Positions 29,041 through 39,345 of a stretch of 64,000 nucleotides of DNA are shown here, piece by piece. Position numbers and translations under genes: made by a program. Numbering within the stretch: position 1 is the stretch's first letter; the number at the start of each line of letters is the position of its first letter. The notes under the pieces are model-generated. The model made no database searches and was not told the DNA's origin. It saw only the letters and a list, made by a program, of their open reading frames with translations. Source of the DNA: Candidatus Bathyarchaeota archaeon (lineage in GTDB: Archaea > Thermoproteota > Bathyarchaeia > Bathyarchaeales > Bathycorpusculaceae); assembly GCA_963739305.1 (NCBI GenBank), contig CAVTZU010000001.1, forward strand, positions 551 through 64,550, read 5' to 3'.

Positions 29041-30147
29041 TTGTCAGATGAAACCGTTAGGCGTAAGTCAGACCACATCAAGATCTCTTTGAACCAGGAT
29101 GTGCAAGCAAGAAACATAAAGACCGGTTTTGAAGATGTGAGTTTCATCCACAACACTTTGCCCGAGATCGACAGGAACAGAGTAGACCTGTCGACAAGAG
29201 TTTTTGGGCACAGGTTCAGCGCACCTTTGATTGTTGGTGCGATCACGGGAGGAACGGATGAGGCAGAAAAAATCAACGCAGCGATAGCGCAGGCCGTTGA
29301 AGAGTTGGGTTTGGGAATGGGAGTGGGAAGCCAACGGGCAGCATTAGAGAATAGCAAACTTGAGAGATCCTTTGCGGTCGCTAGAAAGAAGGCTCCGACG
29401 GCATTTCTTGTTGCCAACATCGGTGGAGTACAGCTCGTTCACGGCTACGGGTTGAAAGAAGTGAAGAAAGCTATCGACATGATAGAAGCAGATGCGTTGG
29501 CAATCCATCTAAATGCTCTACAGGAGATGGCTCAGCCGGAGGGGCAGACAAATTTTCAAGGAATCCTTCGTCGAATCAGGGAGTTAACCCAAGAACTGGA
29601 TGAACCCGTCATAGTCAAAGAAACGGGCGCGGGAATAGCGGCTGAGGAAGCAAAGTTGCTCGAAGATGCAGGAGTCAAAGGGATTGATGTGAGCGGTGCA
29701 GGAGGGACAAGTTTCGCGGCCGTCGAATGCTACCGTGCTGGATCAGGAAACACGGATCTGCAACATGGACCAGGCGCTGTTTTTTGGGATTGGGGCATCC
29801 CCACCGCCGAAAGCATCGTCGAGGTCTCCGAAACAGTCAAGATACCCGTGATCGCGTCAGGCGGAATACGAAATGGAGTAGACCTCGCGAAAAGCCTGGC
29901 ACTTGGAGCAAGCCTAGGAAGCCTCTCTCAACCGATACTCAAGTCAGCCGTAAGGGGAACGAAGGAGACTGTTGACGCGTTAAAGACTCTTGCAGATGAG
30001 TTGAGAAATGTTATGTTTCTGGTCGGAGCAAGTTCAGTTGAAAAGCTGAGGAAATCGAACGTAGTGATAACTGGCAAAACATCAGAGCGGTTACGCATGC
30101 GCGGTTTCGCCATGGAAAAGTTCGCGCGAAGGCATGGTGTTCGATGA
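29041..30147 (+). CDS. fni: isopentenyl-diphosphate delta-isomerase, type 2 (FMN-dependent)
   Basis: RKSDHI, SAPLIVGAITGG, VKETGAGI and ASGGIRNG motifs. The start is set to TTG 29041, just after the ipk stop; the longer ORF (28981) overlaps ipk. Confidence 0.85.
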   Translation: MSDETVRRKSDHIKISLNQDVQARNIKTGFEDVSFIHNTLPEIDRNRVDLSTRVFGHRFSAPLIVGAITGGTDEAEKINAAIAQAVEELGLGMGVGSQRAALENSKLERSFAVARKKAPTAFLVANIGGVQLVHGYGLKEVKKAIDMIEADALAIHLNALQEMAQPEGQTNFQGILRRIRELTQELDEPVIVKETGAGIAAEEAKLLEDAGVKGIDVSGAGGTSFAAVECYRAGSGNTDLQHGPGAVFWDWGIPTAESIVEVSETVKIPVIASGGIRNGVDLAKSLALGASLGSLSQPILKSAVRGTKETVDALKTLADELRNVMFLVGASSVEKLRKSNVVITGKTSERLRMRGFAMEKFARRHGVR

Positions 30148-31217
30148 TAGATATTGAAACGATTCTTCGAGAGAAGGCTCCAATGATCAACGAGGCTATT
30201 GAGAGGTATATCCCTAGGACCTTTACAAAGAGTTCAATCCTGTTCAAGACGATTAAACCGAACTACTCATACAATCTTGAAGCTTTGAACAAAACAATCG
30301 CGCATCCTATTTGGGAGTTTCTTGATAGAGGCGGCAAGAGGTGGCGTCCAACACTATTTTTGATCGTTTGTGAAGCTTTGGGCAAAGACCCAGCAGACTA
30401 TGTTGATTTCGCAATCGTACCCGAGGTCATCCACAACGGAACTCTGATGGTTGATGACATAGAGGATGCTTCCGAATATCGAAGGGGAAAACCGTGCACG
30501 TACAGAATTTACGGCGAAGATATAGCCATAAACGCCGGAAACGCCATGTACTTCCTGCCTCTGCTCCCCATACTTGAAAAGCGAAAAGACCTTGGCGCAC
30601 AGAAGGTCAGCAGAATCCTCGAGACATACGTCCAGGAAATGATCAATATAAGCATTGGTCAGGCGATGGATATTGCGTGGCACAGAGGGTTAGCAAACGC
30701 AGACAAAATCAGTGAGAATGATTATCTACAGATGTGCGCGTACAAGACGGGAACTCTGGCAAGAATGTCCGCGAAGATGGCAAGTGTGTTAGTCGGTGCA
30801 GACGACGTGTTAACGGAAAAGCTTGGGCGTTACGCTGAGAGCATCGGTGTCGGATTTCAGATACAGGATGACGTGTTGGACCTAACGAGTGAGGAATTCG
30901 CCGAGAAGAAAGGAGGACGAGGACAGGACATCACTGAAGGAAAACGGAGCTTACCGGTGATTCACGCTTTGAGGGTCGCCAGCACGAATGACAAAGAAAG
31001 ACTCGTGGAAATTCTGGGGATGCATACCACGAGAAAGAAGCTTAGGGCTGAAGCAATTTCGATCATGCAGAAGTACGGGTCGGCAGAGTACGCCAAGAAG
31101 ACAGCGAAAAGAATGGTCGAAAAGTGCTGGAAAGAAGTTGATTCCCTGTTGCCGGCATCAGAAGGAAAGGAAAAACTAAAGACCTTCGCAGTGTTTTTGA
31201 TTGAGAGAAAAATCTAG
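30144..31217 (+). CDS. idsA: geranylgeranyl diphosphate synthase (trans-polyprenyl synthase)
   Basis: LMVDDIEDASEYRRGKP and FQIQDDVLD aspartate-rich motifs. Confidence 0.88.
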   Translation: MIDIETILREKAPMINEAIERYIPRTFTKSSILFKTIKPNYSYNLEALNKTIAHPIWEFLDRGGKRWRPTLFLIVCEALGKDPADYVDFAIVPEVIHNGTLMVDDIEDASEYRRGKPCTYRIYGEDIAINAGNAMYFLPLLPILEKRKDLGAQKVSRILETYVQEMINISIGQAMDIAWHRGLANADKISENDYLQMCAYKTGTLARMSAKMASVLVGADDVLTEKLGRYAESIGVGFQIQDDVLDLTSEEFAEKKGGRGQDITEGKRSLPVIHALRVASTNDKERLVEILGMHTTRKKLRAEAISIMQKYGSAEYAKKTAKRMVEKCWKEVDSLLPASEGKEKLKTFAVFLIERKI

Positions 31218-31229
31218 AGCGTAGAACCG

Positions 31230-32981
31230 TTGAAACTCAAGGATGACGTGGAGCTTAGGGAGCTTATTCGCAAGTCTGCCTTGCTTAATGCTGTTAAACA
31301 CGAAGGCAGAGCTCAAGCGGGCCCAGTTGTTGGGAAAATACTGGGCGAAAAACCAGAGTACCGAAGCAATGTAAAAGAACTGTCCACGGTCATAAATGAA
31401 ATCGTTAATGAAATCAACAAGCTTTCGGTCGATGAACAAAAACGCATCGTGGAGAAGAATTGGCCCGAGGCTTTAGTGAAGGAAAAAGTTGAAGAAAAAC
31501 GGCTTCCTCCACTGTCGAATGCTGAAAAATATCAGCGTGTGGTCACGCGCTACGCGCCAAACCCCGACTGCGTACTGCACTTGGGTTCAGCGAGAGCAAT
31601 AGTGCTGTGCTATGAATACGCAAAGATGTATAATGGTTCTTTCATACTCCGCTTTGAAGACACTGACCCGAAGCTGAAACGACCTGCTCTGGAATTCTAC
31701 GACTTGATCAGGGAAGATTTGGCTTGGCTTGAGTGCAAGCCGGATCAAGAATACATCCAGAGCGACAGGATTTCGATATACTATGAGCACGCTGAAAGGC
31801 TACTTAGAGATGGAAATGCATACGTGTGCACTTGCAAACCTGAGGTTTTTCGGCAGAGAATCCTTGCCCAGCAGCCCTGTGACTGTCGAGATCTCCCAGT
31901 GAAAGAAAATCTCCATCGATGGAAACTGATGCTTAACGGCGGATACAAAGAAGGGGAAGCCGTTGTAAGGGTCAAAACCGACCTTGATCATCCTAACCCT
32001 GCGGTTCGTGATTGGCCTGCACTTAGAATCCTTGATACGCAGAAGTTTCCTCACCCCAGAGTCGGGAGTAAATATAGAGTTTGGCCGCTGTACAATCTTG
32101 CTTCCGGTGTGGATGATCATCTTATGGATGTGACCCATATTATTCGTGGCAAGGAACACCTCACTAACGAGGTTCGCCAGACATACATGTACAAGCATTT
32201 TGGCTGGAAGTACCCCGAAGCCATCCATTACGGAAGACTGAAGATAACAGGAGCCACCCTGAGCAAATCGAAAATCGTTCAAGGAATGAGAGAGGGAATT
32301 TACAAGAGCTGGGATGACCCTCGTTTGGCGACTTTTGCAGCTTTGCGCAGACGTGGAATAATGCCAGATGCAGTCAAGAAGATGATAATTGACGTGGGTC
32401 CCAAGACATCTGACGTGATTTTGAGTTGGGAGAACCTTTACGCTTACAACCGTAAGATTCTGGACCAAAAAGTGAACAGGTATTTCTTCGTGCAGAATCC
32501 AATTGAGCTCACAGTGAAGAATGTCCCCAAGACATTTGCAGTGAAGCTAGATCTGCATCCTGACCAGCCAGAAAGGGGGTTCAGAGAGTACATCGTAAAA
32601 CCGCAAGGAAAAGATCAATCCGTCATCCTGTGGGTGTCCAGCAAAGACGTGGACTCTTCAAAAGTGGGGAACATGCTTCGGCTTATGGAGCTTTTCAACG
32701 TGAAGATCGAGAAGGCTAACATATATTCTGCTGAGGGAACCTTCGTTAGCGAAGCCTACGAGGATGCAAGGAATGCAAAGGCGCAACTAATCCACTGGGT
32801 TCCGGTTGGAAATGACGTGGCGGGTCGAGTGGTCATGCCTGACGCATCTGTGACTGAAGGAGTGGCCGAGAGCGCCTGCAAACAATTGAAGCCAGGCGAG
32901 ATCGTTCAGTTCGAAAGGTTTGGGTTTGTGCGGATAGACCAAATTAATAAGGAATTGACAGCTTACTTTGCCCAAAAATGA
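31230..32981 (+). CDS. gltX: glutamyl-tRNA synthetase (archaeal type)
   Basis: HLGSAR (HIGH-like) and LSKSK (KMSKS-like) motifs; 583 aa; TTG start. Confidence 0.9.
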   Translation: MKLKDDVELRELIRKSALLNAVKHEGRAQAGPVVGKILGEKPEYRSNVKELSTVINEIVNEINKLSVDEQKRIVEKNWPEALVKEKVEEKRLPPLSNAEKYQRVVTRYAPNPDCVLHLGSARAIVLCYEYAKMYNGSFILRFEDTDPKLKRPALEFYDLIREDLAWLECKPDQEYIQSDRISIYYEHAERLLRDGNAYVCTCKPEVFRQRILAQQPCDCRDLPVKENLHRWKLMLNGGYKEGEAVVRVKTDLDHPNPAVRDWPALRILDTQKFPHPRVGSKYRVWPLYNLASGVDDHLMDVTHIIRGKEHLTNEVRQTYMYKHFGWKYPEAIHYGRLKITGATLSKSKIVQGMREGIYKSWDDPRLATFAALRRRGIMPDAVKKMIIDVGPKTSDVILSWENLYAYNRKILDQKVNRYFFVQNPIELTVKNVPKTFAVKLDLHPDQPERGFREYIVKPQGKDQSVILWVSSKDVDSSKVGNMLRLMELFNVKIEKANIYSAEGTFVSEAYEDARNAKAQLIHWVPVGNDVAGRVVMPDASVTEGVAESACKQLKPGEIVQFERFGFVRIDQINKELTAYFAQK

Positions 32982-33304
32982 TGTGTGAGGAAGAGCAAAT
33001 GAGAAAGCAGGAAAGGATAATCGTGTGGCCCGTGTACCTTGATTCGTCAAAAAGCAGGTGCGATGGCAGGCGAGTTCCCAAGAACATTGCGGTTTCCGTC
33101 CCAAGAGTCGCCGAACTGAAAGACGCTGCTGAAAAGGCAGGCTTGAAGTGCGAATTGGTCCCTGACGTGGGATACCCAAAGACTCCATGGCTAAAAATGG
33201 GCATGGTGTTGGTTGAGAAGAAGGAAAGTAAGAATCAGACCATTATGACGATTGCAAAACAGCTTGCGAAGACACGGTCAACCGTGAAGGAACAAGTAAA
33301 CTAA
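32978..33304 (+). CDS. srp19: signal recognition particle protein SRP19
   Basis: IIVWPVYLDSSKSRCDGRRVPKNIAV. Confidence 0.88.
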   Translation: MMCEEEQMRKQERIIVWPVYLDSSKSRCDGRRVPKNIAVSVPRVAELKDAAEKAGLKCELVPDVGYPKTPWLKMGMVLVEKKESKNQTIMTIAKQLAKTRSTVKEQVN

Positions 33305-33696
33305 CTTTTTTCCGAGCTTATCAGAATGCCGTTCAGTATTCCGTGCTGTCCAGGACGCGAAGTAACTCTCGCCTGACCAAGTGGAGTTTCCACGATTGCA
33401 CCCTTGGTGATGACGCCTCTGCGGTTGTAATCGATGTTTGCGGGGTTTTTGATCACTCGGACAACGCCGGTTTTTTCGGTTTTTCCTGTTTTGGTGTCGG
33501 TAACACAGATCTGTTTCTCACTCAGCGCTTTCATCTTGATGGTTCCGCCTCTGCCTCTGACGAACTTCCTCTTTTGTTCGCCCATCTTGGTCTCGACTGG
33601 AAAAGTTCCTTGCTCGAATTTTCTCTTCTTCCTGTGAGCGATGCGTCGTCCACCGGACTGTTCCCGCTTCGCCATGTCGCCGTGCCAAGATGACAT
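33301..33696 (-). CDS. rps8e: 30S ribosomal protein S8e
   Basis: WHGDMAKREQSGGRRIAHRKKRKFEQG...NIDYNRRGVITKGAIVET. Confidence 0.9.
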   Translation of the reverse strand: MSSWHGDMAKREQSGGRRIAHRKKRKFEQGTFPVETKMGEQKRKFVRGRGGTIKMKALSEKQICVTDTKTGKTEKTGVVRVIKNPANIDYNRRGVITKGAIVETPLGQARVTSRPGQHGILNGILISSEKS

Positions 33697-33768
33697 TCTT
33701 TGTTTCTCCGTTAAATTTGGATTTTGGTGGTGACTATCAACGTTCTTTCAAATATAAGTGTATCCGTT

Positions 33769-34371
33769 TTAGACTTGCGGGTTTTCTTGTTTTGTTGGTT
33801 CTTCGAAAACATGTTTCAACTCTTTCTTCATTGAGGCGGTATCTAGGCTCAAGCCGAAGTAGTCCGCGAAGTACTCGGTCGTTCTGAGAACCATCGATCG
33901 GCCACTTCTTTCGCTTCCAACAAGTCCCATGTCCTTCAAAGTCTTTATGTGGCCGTAGGCGTGACGACCTCGAACGTCGATTACCCTCTTCTGCGACACT
34001 GGTTGTCTGTACGCGATGTAGGAGAGAGTTTTCAATGGACCTATTGAAAGAAGGGGTCTGTTCACAAATTTCTTGACGTGAGGTGTGAAGTCGGCTTTCA
34101 GCTGCAGAACGAATCTTTCGTCTTTCAATTCTAGGACTTCGAGCGCAGTATTCCTTGTTTTGTATTCTTCAATCAGCCTGTCAACGGTTCTTCTGGCTCT
34201 CTTCTTTGAACGCGTTTTCAGAACCGAGCACAAATCGTTCAGATCCAGCGGTCTCCCTGCAACGTACAGTGCAGCCTCTGTCAAACAAGCGTCAGCGCGT
34301 GTCCCTTCTAGAAGCTGATCTTGTTTTTCTTCTGAATCTAGGCTAGACGTCTGATTCTCCATTTGCTCCAA
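33769..34371 (-). CDS. scpB: segregation and condensation protein B
   Basis: Two wHTH units (EAALYVAGRPLDLNDL and LSYIAYRQPVSQKRVIDVRG); lies downstream of scpA. Confidence 0.85.
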   Translation of the reverse strand: MEQMENQTSSLDSEEKQDQLLEGTRADACLTEAALYVAGRPLDLNDLCSVLKTRSKKRARRTVDRLIEEYKTRNTALEVLELKDERFVLQLKADFTPHVKKFVNRPLLSIGPLKTLSYIAYRQPVSQKRVIDVRGRHAYGHIKTLKDMGLVGSERSGRSMVLRTTEYFADYFGLSLDTASMKKELKHVFEEPTKQENPQV

Positions 34372-35044
34372 GCTTCAAATCCCCTATAGCAATGTAAACT
34401 TCTTCAGTTTCCTCGTTCTGCCACAGGCCTATCTTGCCTTCTTGAGCAAGGAATAGCAAAAGAAGGAACGTTCGAATGGCTTCAAGGCGACCGACTCCTT
34501 TGATAAGAGTTGAGAACTCGACAATGCCAGCTCCTTTGACCTTGTCGGACAGCAATGAGAGGAGTTTCTCCATCTGAACCTCGATTTCCATCAGAAAAAG
34601 GTCGAGTTCAGGAAATATTTCTGAACGCGTTGGAAGAACCGATTCCACAACAAGGGGTTGCGCCCTGATGAATTGCTCTCCCTTCAAGACGTCGTCGAGC
34701 ACATCCAGGAGATTCCTGATCGTAGTGGAGGTCAGTTCGTGTCTCAACGGCAGAAACATTGGTGGAGGCAGATAGTCCATAGGAGGTTTCGGCGGCGGAG
34801 GCGGTTCCTCAAGTTTAAGAAGCAGCTTCGACTTCATCAGATATATCAGGGCCGAGGAATCCAGCGCAACGCCAGATGCCCGAAAATCTACCTGTCCCGT
34901 CTTGTCCATGTTTTCAAGGAAGGATCTCAACAAGAACGCTATGTTAATGTTCCAAGGCACGAGTTTTTCAAGCTTGTTAAATTCGAAAAGTATGTTCCAT
35001 GGAGGAAAAAGATAGAACGGCTTCTTCGTGTTCATTGACGACAT
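34343..35044 (-). CDS. scpA: segregation and condensation protein A (kleisin)
   Basis: Immediately downstream of smc with a 1-nt overlap. The C-terminal winged helix (RLEAIRTFLLLLFLAQEGKI) is typical of ScpA. Confidence 0.8.
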   Translation of the reverse strand: MSSMNTKKPFYLFPPWNILFEFNKLEKLVPWNINIAFLLRSFLENMDKTGQVDFRASGVALDSSALIYLMKSKLLLKLEEPPPPPKPPMDYLPPPMFLPLRHELTSTTIRNLLDVLDDVLKGEQFIRAQPLVVESVLPTRSEIFPELDLFLMEIEVQMEKLLSLLSDKVKGAGIVEFSTLIKGVGRLEAIRTFLLLLFLAQEGKIGLWQNEETEEVYIAIGDLKLGANGESDV

Positions 35045-38000
35045 CAGCCCGACGCCTCTAACAGTTTCGCTGAAATAATGTTCGACACTCCGTCTCGCAT
35101 GTAGGCGCCATAGACTTTTTGGGCCTTATTCACCATTTCTGGCTTCAGCGTGATGGCTATGAACTGTGTCTTATCAGATTCTTCCACCAGAAGGTCCGCT
35201 AGTTTTGAAACGTGGAAGGCATCCAAGTGAGCATCGATCTCGTCCAGAATGTAGAAGGATGCGGGCGTGAACTCTCTCAGCGCAAAGAGGAATGCCACGG
35301 CTGACACTGAGCGTTCTCCGCCGCTCGCCCCACTGACGACGATTGACGGCTTGTTCGGAAACTGCACGATCATGTCTATGCCTCCCGAGAAGGGGTCATC
35401 GATTTTCTCAATCGTCAAAGTGGCGACGCCACCGCCCGTAACTTTCGAGAAGTATATTTTCAGTTTCTCGTTGATTTTCTCGAAGGCTTCTATGAAGACC
35501 TTGCGTTTCTTATGGTCGATTTCGTCCATAAATATGAGGATTGCCTGTTTTTCTTTCTCGAGCTCGTTCATTCTCATGGATAATTCTCGGTACCGCGAGA
35601 TCTGGTCTGCATAATGAGAGAGTGCAAGCTGGTTGACGCCGCCTATTCGCTCGAGTTCGAGCTGCATCATCTTCATTGACGTTTCCGCTTCCTCAACCTG
35701 TTTGGGAGTCACAACCAACGGTTGCTCGTAGCCCGAGAGTCTCAGTTGGCTCTTGTACTGTTCGAGTTGAAGCGCTGAGGTTTGACTGCCCAGTTGAAGC
35801 TGGTTGTTCAAACGATCTACTTGTTCATATTCAGCATCAAGCTTCCGCAGTTCCTTGTCAATGTCATCTATTTGACCAGTGAACTTCTTCGCTCCTTCTC
35901 TTGCCGAGAAAACCGACTGCGAAAGTTCAATACGGCTCTTCTCAAGTTGTTGAAGTTCCTGTTTCAAGGCCTCCCTTTCCCGAAGGGCTTCTTCAACCTC
36001 CTTCTCCACCCTTCGAAGTTGCGTCTCGACTTTTGAAGTTTGAATCTTTGAGTTTTGATATCCGACTCTCAAAACATTGTCGAACAGTGACTGAAGGGTC
36101 GATATTTCAGTCTGACTTGTTCCAAGCTTCTGTCTCAGAGTGATCACTTCCTCTGAGAGCCTCTCTCGCTTGACCTCCATCTCTTGTATGTGACCCGGAT
36201 CTGTCTTCCTTCTCAGGGTCACGAGTTCGTTCTGAAGCTTTCGCATTTCTTTGGCGATTGAGCTTCTTTCGGCCCTGTGAACCCATATTTGTGATTTTTC
36301 GACCTCAACTTCCTTGGTCATTTTTCCGATGTAGTGGTCCACACGTTTTACGTTGGCTCTTGTTCTCCTGACGCTCCTTCTCACTCTAACTATTTCTCTG
36401 TCCAAAGTAATGATGGCGTCAGACAAGCGTGCAATTTCGACGCGAGTCCTCTCGATTTCTTCTATGAAACCGTTTATGTCGTCGCCTCTTCTCGAGAGGT
36501 GCTGCTGCAGCGCGCTGACCGCTTCATCCAGGCTCTTGATGGCGGTGTCGCTGGGTATTATCGTGGAAAAATCTATCGGAGCACGGTAGTATCCTGACTC
36601 GAAGGCGCCTCCGACCTCGTACAGGTCTCCATCAACCGTCACCGTGCGAAAACCTTCACCAGCCATGTTGAAGGCGGTTTTATCGTCGGTGACGACGAGC
36701 GTGTCCCCGAAAACGAACCGGACCGCAGGTTCATAGCTTTTTTCAGATTTTATGAAACCTTCAGCTGATCCTTGAACGCCTTCTTTCTGAGGAATCTTCA
36801 ACGGTTTAGCTGTTGCAGCGCCTTCAAGAGGAATTATCTTGATCCTTCCAAGCTTCATTTTTCGCAGAGTTTCTGTGCAAGTGAACGCTGCCTCGAAGTT
36901 TTTCACGACGACGGCGTCGAGCCAGCCTACGGCGGCGGCTTCTATCGCGTTTTGGTAGCTCTTGTCTATCTTTGCCAAGCTGCGAAGTCGGCCATAGACC
37001 CCTGGGATTACGCCTAGATCGCCAAGTTCCTCTATGCTTCGCAGGGCTTTTTCTTCGGAAGCCACCGTTTCGGCGAGTTCCCTTTGGGTGGCAAATTCTA
37101 CTACCGCTTCGTGGGCTGAATCTGCTATCTTGCCGGCTTCAGCTATTTCTTTCCCGGCCGCTTCTCTTTGTGCGATTCTTCTTTCCAAGGTTCTTTCAAG
37201 GTTCTTCTGCTGAGCCCTTTGTTCTTTCTGGACTTTTTCTAACTCTTGATAGGATCTGTCAAGCTCCGTGAACGTAGCGGCAAATCTTTCTTTCCGCTCG
37301 TTCAGGTCCCTGAGTCTTCTTGTTCGCACGTTTATGGCCGTCTGGTTTTTCAGGTATTCTGATCTTAAGAATGCCAGTCGCTTGTTGTCGCTGTCGAGTT
37401 TGAGCTCTATTTCCCGTATTCTCTTGCTGTTTTCTCCGAGGTTTTCCCAGAGTAACGCTGCTCCTTGGGCAAGGGTGTCATGCTCGGTCTGTTTCTCGTT
37501 TATCTGATTGAGGATCTTGTCGTGCTCGGTTCTAAGGTGCCTGATTTTCAGGCGGTTTTCGCGGATTTCTTTCTGGATGGCTTGGTGTTGCTGTTGATCG
37601 TTTTCTCGGATTCTGGTTAGTCCTTCAACGCTTGTCTTGTTGGAGCTGATTTTTGTTGCTAGCTCCGTAAGCTTCGATTTCAATTCGCCGATTTTGATTT
37701 GTACTCTCAGTACCTGTGAACCGCCTTCTTCGACGATTTCTGAGCTGAGTTTTCTCCATTCGCCTTCAACTTCTCTTCTTTTGGATCTGTAATCGTCCCT
37801 GATATGTCGCAGTTTGTCGACTCTAGCTTTGACTTTTTCTGCTTCGGACGAGACTTCTTCGACTTTCTTCTGTATTCGTTGCATTTCGCTTGAGATCTTG
37901 ATGGCTTCGAGCTGTTTGAGTTCGACATGGATAAAGTTGACTTTAAGAAGTTCGTTGCGTTCTCTTTCGAGGTCGTCAAGTCGCTTCTGCACTTCATCGA

Positions 38001-38595
38001 TTCTGCCCATGGCCGTGCGGATTGAAATGTCTGCGGTTCTCAGCTTTTCTTCAGCCTCGGCTTTTTCAGCGTCGTATTGACCTATTCCTATGAGGTCTTC
38101 GATGATTTTTCTACGTTCCATGGGAGAAATGTCGGTCAGGCGGGTTATAGTGCCTTGCAGGATTATGTTTTGGCTCGTTGAGCTTATTCCGGCCATTGAA
38201 AGGATTTCCATTATGTGAGTTCTTGAGATTCTTCTTCCGTTAAGTCTGTAGACGCTTTGCCCGTTTCTGTAGACTTCTCGAGAAATCGTCACGGTAGTTG
38301 TGTCGACGGGCATGCGTCCGTCTGTGTTGTCGAATTGAATGACGACTTTGGCCATCTTTACTTTTTCGAAGCCCACCTTGTCTGTTCCGTGGAAAATTAG
38401 CTTTGCAGCCGTTTCTGCACGGAGTCTTCTTGTGCTCAGTTCGCCCAACGCAAAAAGCAGTGCGTCTAGCACGTTTGTCTTTCCGCTTCCGTTCGGCCCG
38501 GTGACCGCAGTGAAACCCTTGTCTAGAACTATTTTCACGACTTGTGGTCCGAACGACTTGAAACCTTTAAGTTCGATTTTCTTGATGTACGGCAT
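35044..38595 (-). CDS. smc: chromosome segregation protein SMC
   Basis: Start chosen at MPYIKKIELKGFKSFG. Walker A GPNGSGKTN, long coiled coils, a hinge, signature SGGERSV and Walker B FYILDEIDAHLD. Confidence 0.92.
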   Translation of the reverse strand: MPYIKKIELKGFKSFGPQVVKIVLDKGFTAVTGPNGSGKTNVLDALLFALGELSTRRLRAETAAKLIFHGTDKVGFEKVKMAKVVIQFDNTDGRMPVDTTTVTISREVYRNGQSVYRLNGRRISRTHIMEILSMAGISSTSQNIILQGTITRLTDISPMERRKIIEDLIGIGQYDAEKAEAEEKLRTADISIRTAMGRIDEVQKRLDDLERERNELLKVNFIHVELKQLEAIKISSEMQRIQKKVEEVSSEAEKVKARVDKLRHIRDDYRSKRREVEGEWRKLSSEIVEEGGSQVLRVQIKIGELKSKLTELATKISSNKTSVEGLTRIRENDQQQHQAIQKEIRENRLKIRHLRTEHDKILNQINEKQTEHDTLAQGAALLWENLGENSKRIREIELKLDSDNKRLAFLRSEYLKNQTAINVRTRRLRDLNERKERFAATFTELDRSYQELEKVQKEQRAQQKNLERTLERRIAQREAAGKEIAEAGKIADSAHEAVVEFATQRELAETVASEEKALRSIEELGDLGVIPGVYGRLRSLAKIDKSYQNAIEAAAVGWLDAVVVKNFEAAFTCTETLRKMKLGRIKIIPLEGAATAKPLKIPQKEGVQGSAEGFIKSEKSYEPAVRFVFGDTLVVTDDKTAFNMAGEGFRTVTVDGDLYEVGGAFESGYYRAPIDFSTIIPSDTAIKSLDEAVSALQQHLSRRGDDINGFIEEIERTRVEIARLSDAIITLDREIVRVRRSVRRTRANVKRVDHYIGKMTKEVEVEKSQIWVHRAERSSIAKEMRKLQNELVTLRRKTDPGHIQEMEVKRERLSEEVITLRQKLGTSQTEISTLQSLFDNVLRVGYQNSKIQTSKVETQLRRVEKEVEEALREREALKQELQQLEKSRIELSQSVFSAREGAKKFTGQIDDIDKELRKLDAEYEQVDRLNNQLQLGSQTSALQLEQYKSQLRLSGYEQPLVVTPKQVEEAETSMKMMQLELERIGGVNQLALSHYADQISRYRELSMRMNELEKEKQAILIFMDEIDHKKRKVFIEAFEKINEKLKIYFSKVTGGGVATLTIEKIDDPFSGGIDMIVQFPNKPSIVVSGASGGERSVSAVAFLFALREFTPASFYILDEIDAHLDAFHVSKLADLLVEESDKTQFIAITLKPEMVNKAQKVYGAYMRDGVSNIISAKLLEASG

Positions 38596-38689
38596 CCAGT
38601 TTAAGTCCTCATGCTCCCTGACATGGACATCTGTTTCGTGTAAACAGTCTTGTGGACTTTCTATAAAAAGCATTTACTGTTCTGAAGCT

Positions 38690-39253
38690 TTAACCGTTAT
38701 GTACTTTTTTGCGGTATTTCTCGCCTTGCCCCTCGTATTTTGAAGCCAGGTTTTTAACAAAATCTTTGATTGCTCGGTCGTCTCCCCAAACGAGGAGCGA
38801 ACCGTCCTCACGAATTTCCTTGGACAATTTCATTTTGACCGCGATCGCCTCTAGACTCTCAATGGATATTCCTGTCGTGGGAGTGACGCGAATCCACTTT
38901 TGCTGCCTTGGCATCCCTGGGACAAACCTCAACACCCTTTGCTCGCCGTCGGTTTTTTCCCTAGTGGCATTATCTAGCCGTTTGAGCCATTCATCAATAT
39001 ATCTTTGCCCGAGCTTTTTCTGACCTTCAGTAACCAGATAAGATTCGACATTCATCAGGTACTGATCGACTTTTCTAAGACCTTCCTCACCTTGAGTGTC
39101 AACGCCTAAAATCCTTATTGTGGTCTTTGCGCTCTTCAGGTCGCTCATGACTTGCGGCGGAATCGCCATTCCCTTGCCTCGAAATTCTGCGACCATTTCG
39201 TCTAGAACTCTCCATACTGAAACGTAACCCAAGTTGGATTCGCCGCTGGTCAT
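38690..39253 (-). CDS. conserved archaeal hypothetical protein
   Basis: 187-aa ORF upstream of smc on the same strand. No firm motif recognised. Confidence 0.5.
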   Translation of the reverse strand: MTSGESNLGYVSVWRVLDEMVAEFRGKGMAIPPQVMSDLKSAKTTIRILGVDTQGEEGLRKVDQYLMNVESYLVTEGQKKLGQRYIDEWLKRLDNATREKTDGEQRVLRFVPGMPRQQKWIRVTPTTGISIESLEAIAVKMKLSKEIREDGSLLVWGDDRAIKDFVKNLASKYEGQGEKYRKKVHNG

Positions 39254-39345
39254 GTCTTACTGAAATCACAGTATATAGTGATTATTGTCAAGGGAAAGAA
39301 AAACGCAAAGTTTGTTAGGATTTGCCCTAAGAAAAGCTTGGAAGT

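Noticed and set aside
35267-38743. Numerous 70-130-aa ORFs antisense to smc; similar antisense ORFs occur in the ALDH, gltX, rSAM, aRF1 and ftr genes.
   Set aside because: They are shadow ORFs opposite long, well-supported genes. Their compositions (S/L/R-rich) are typical of antisense frames.
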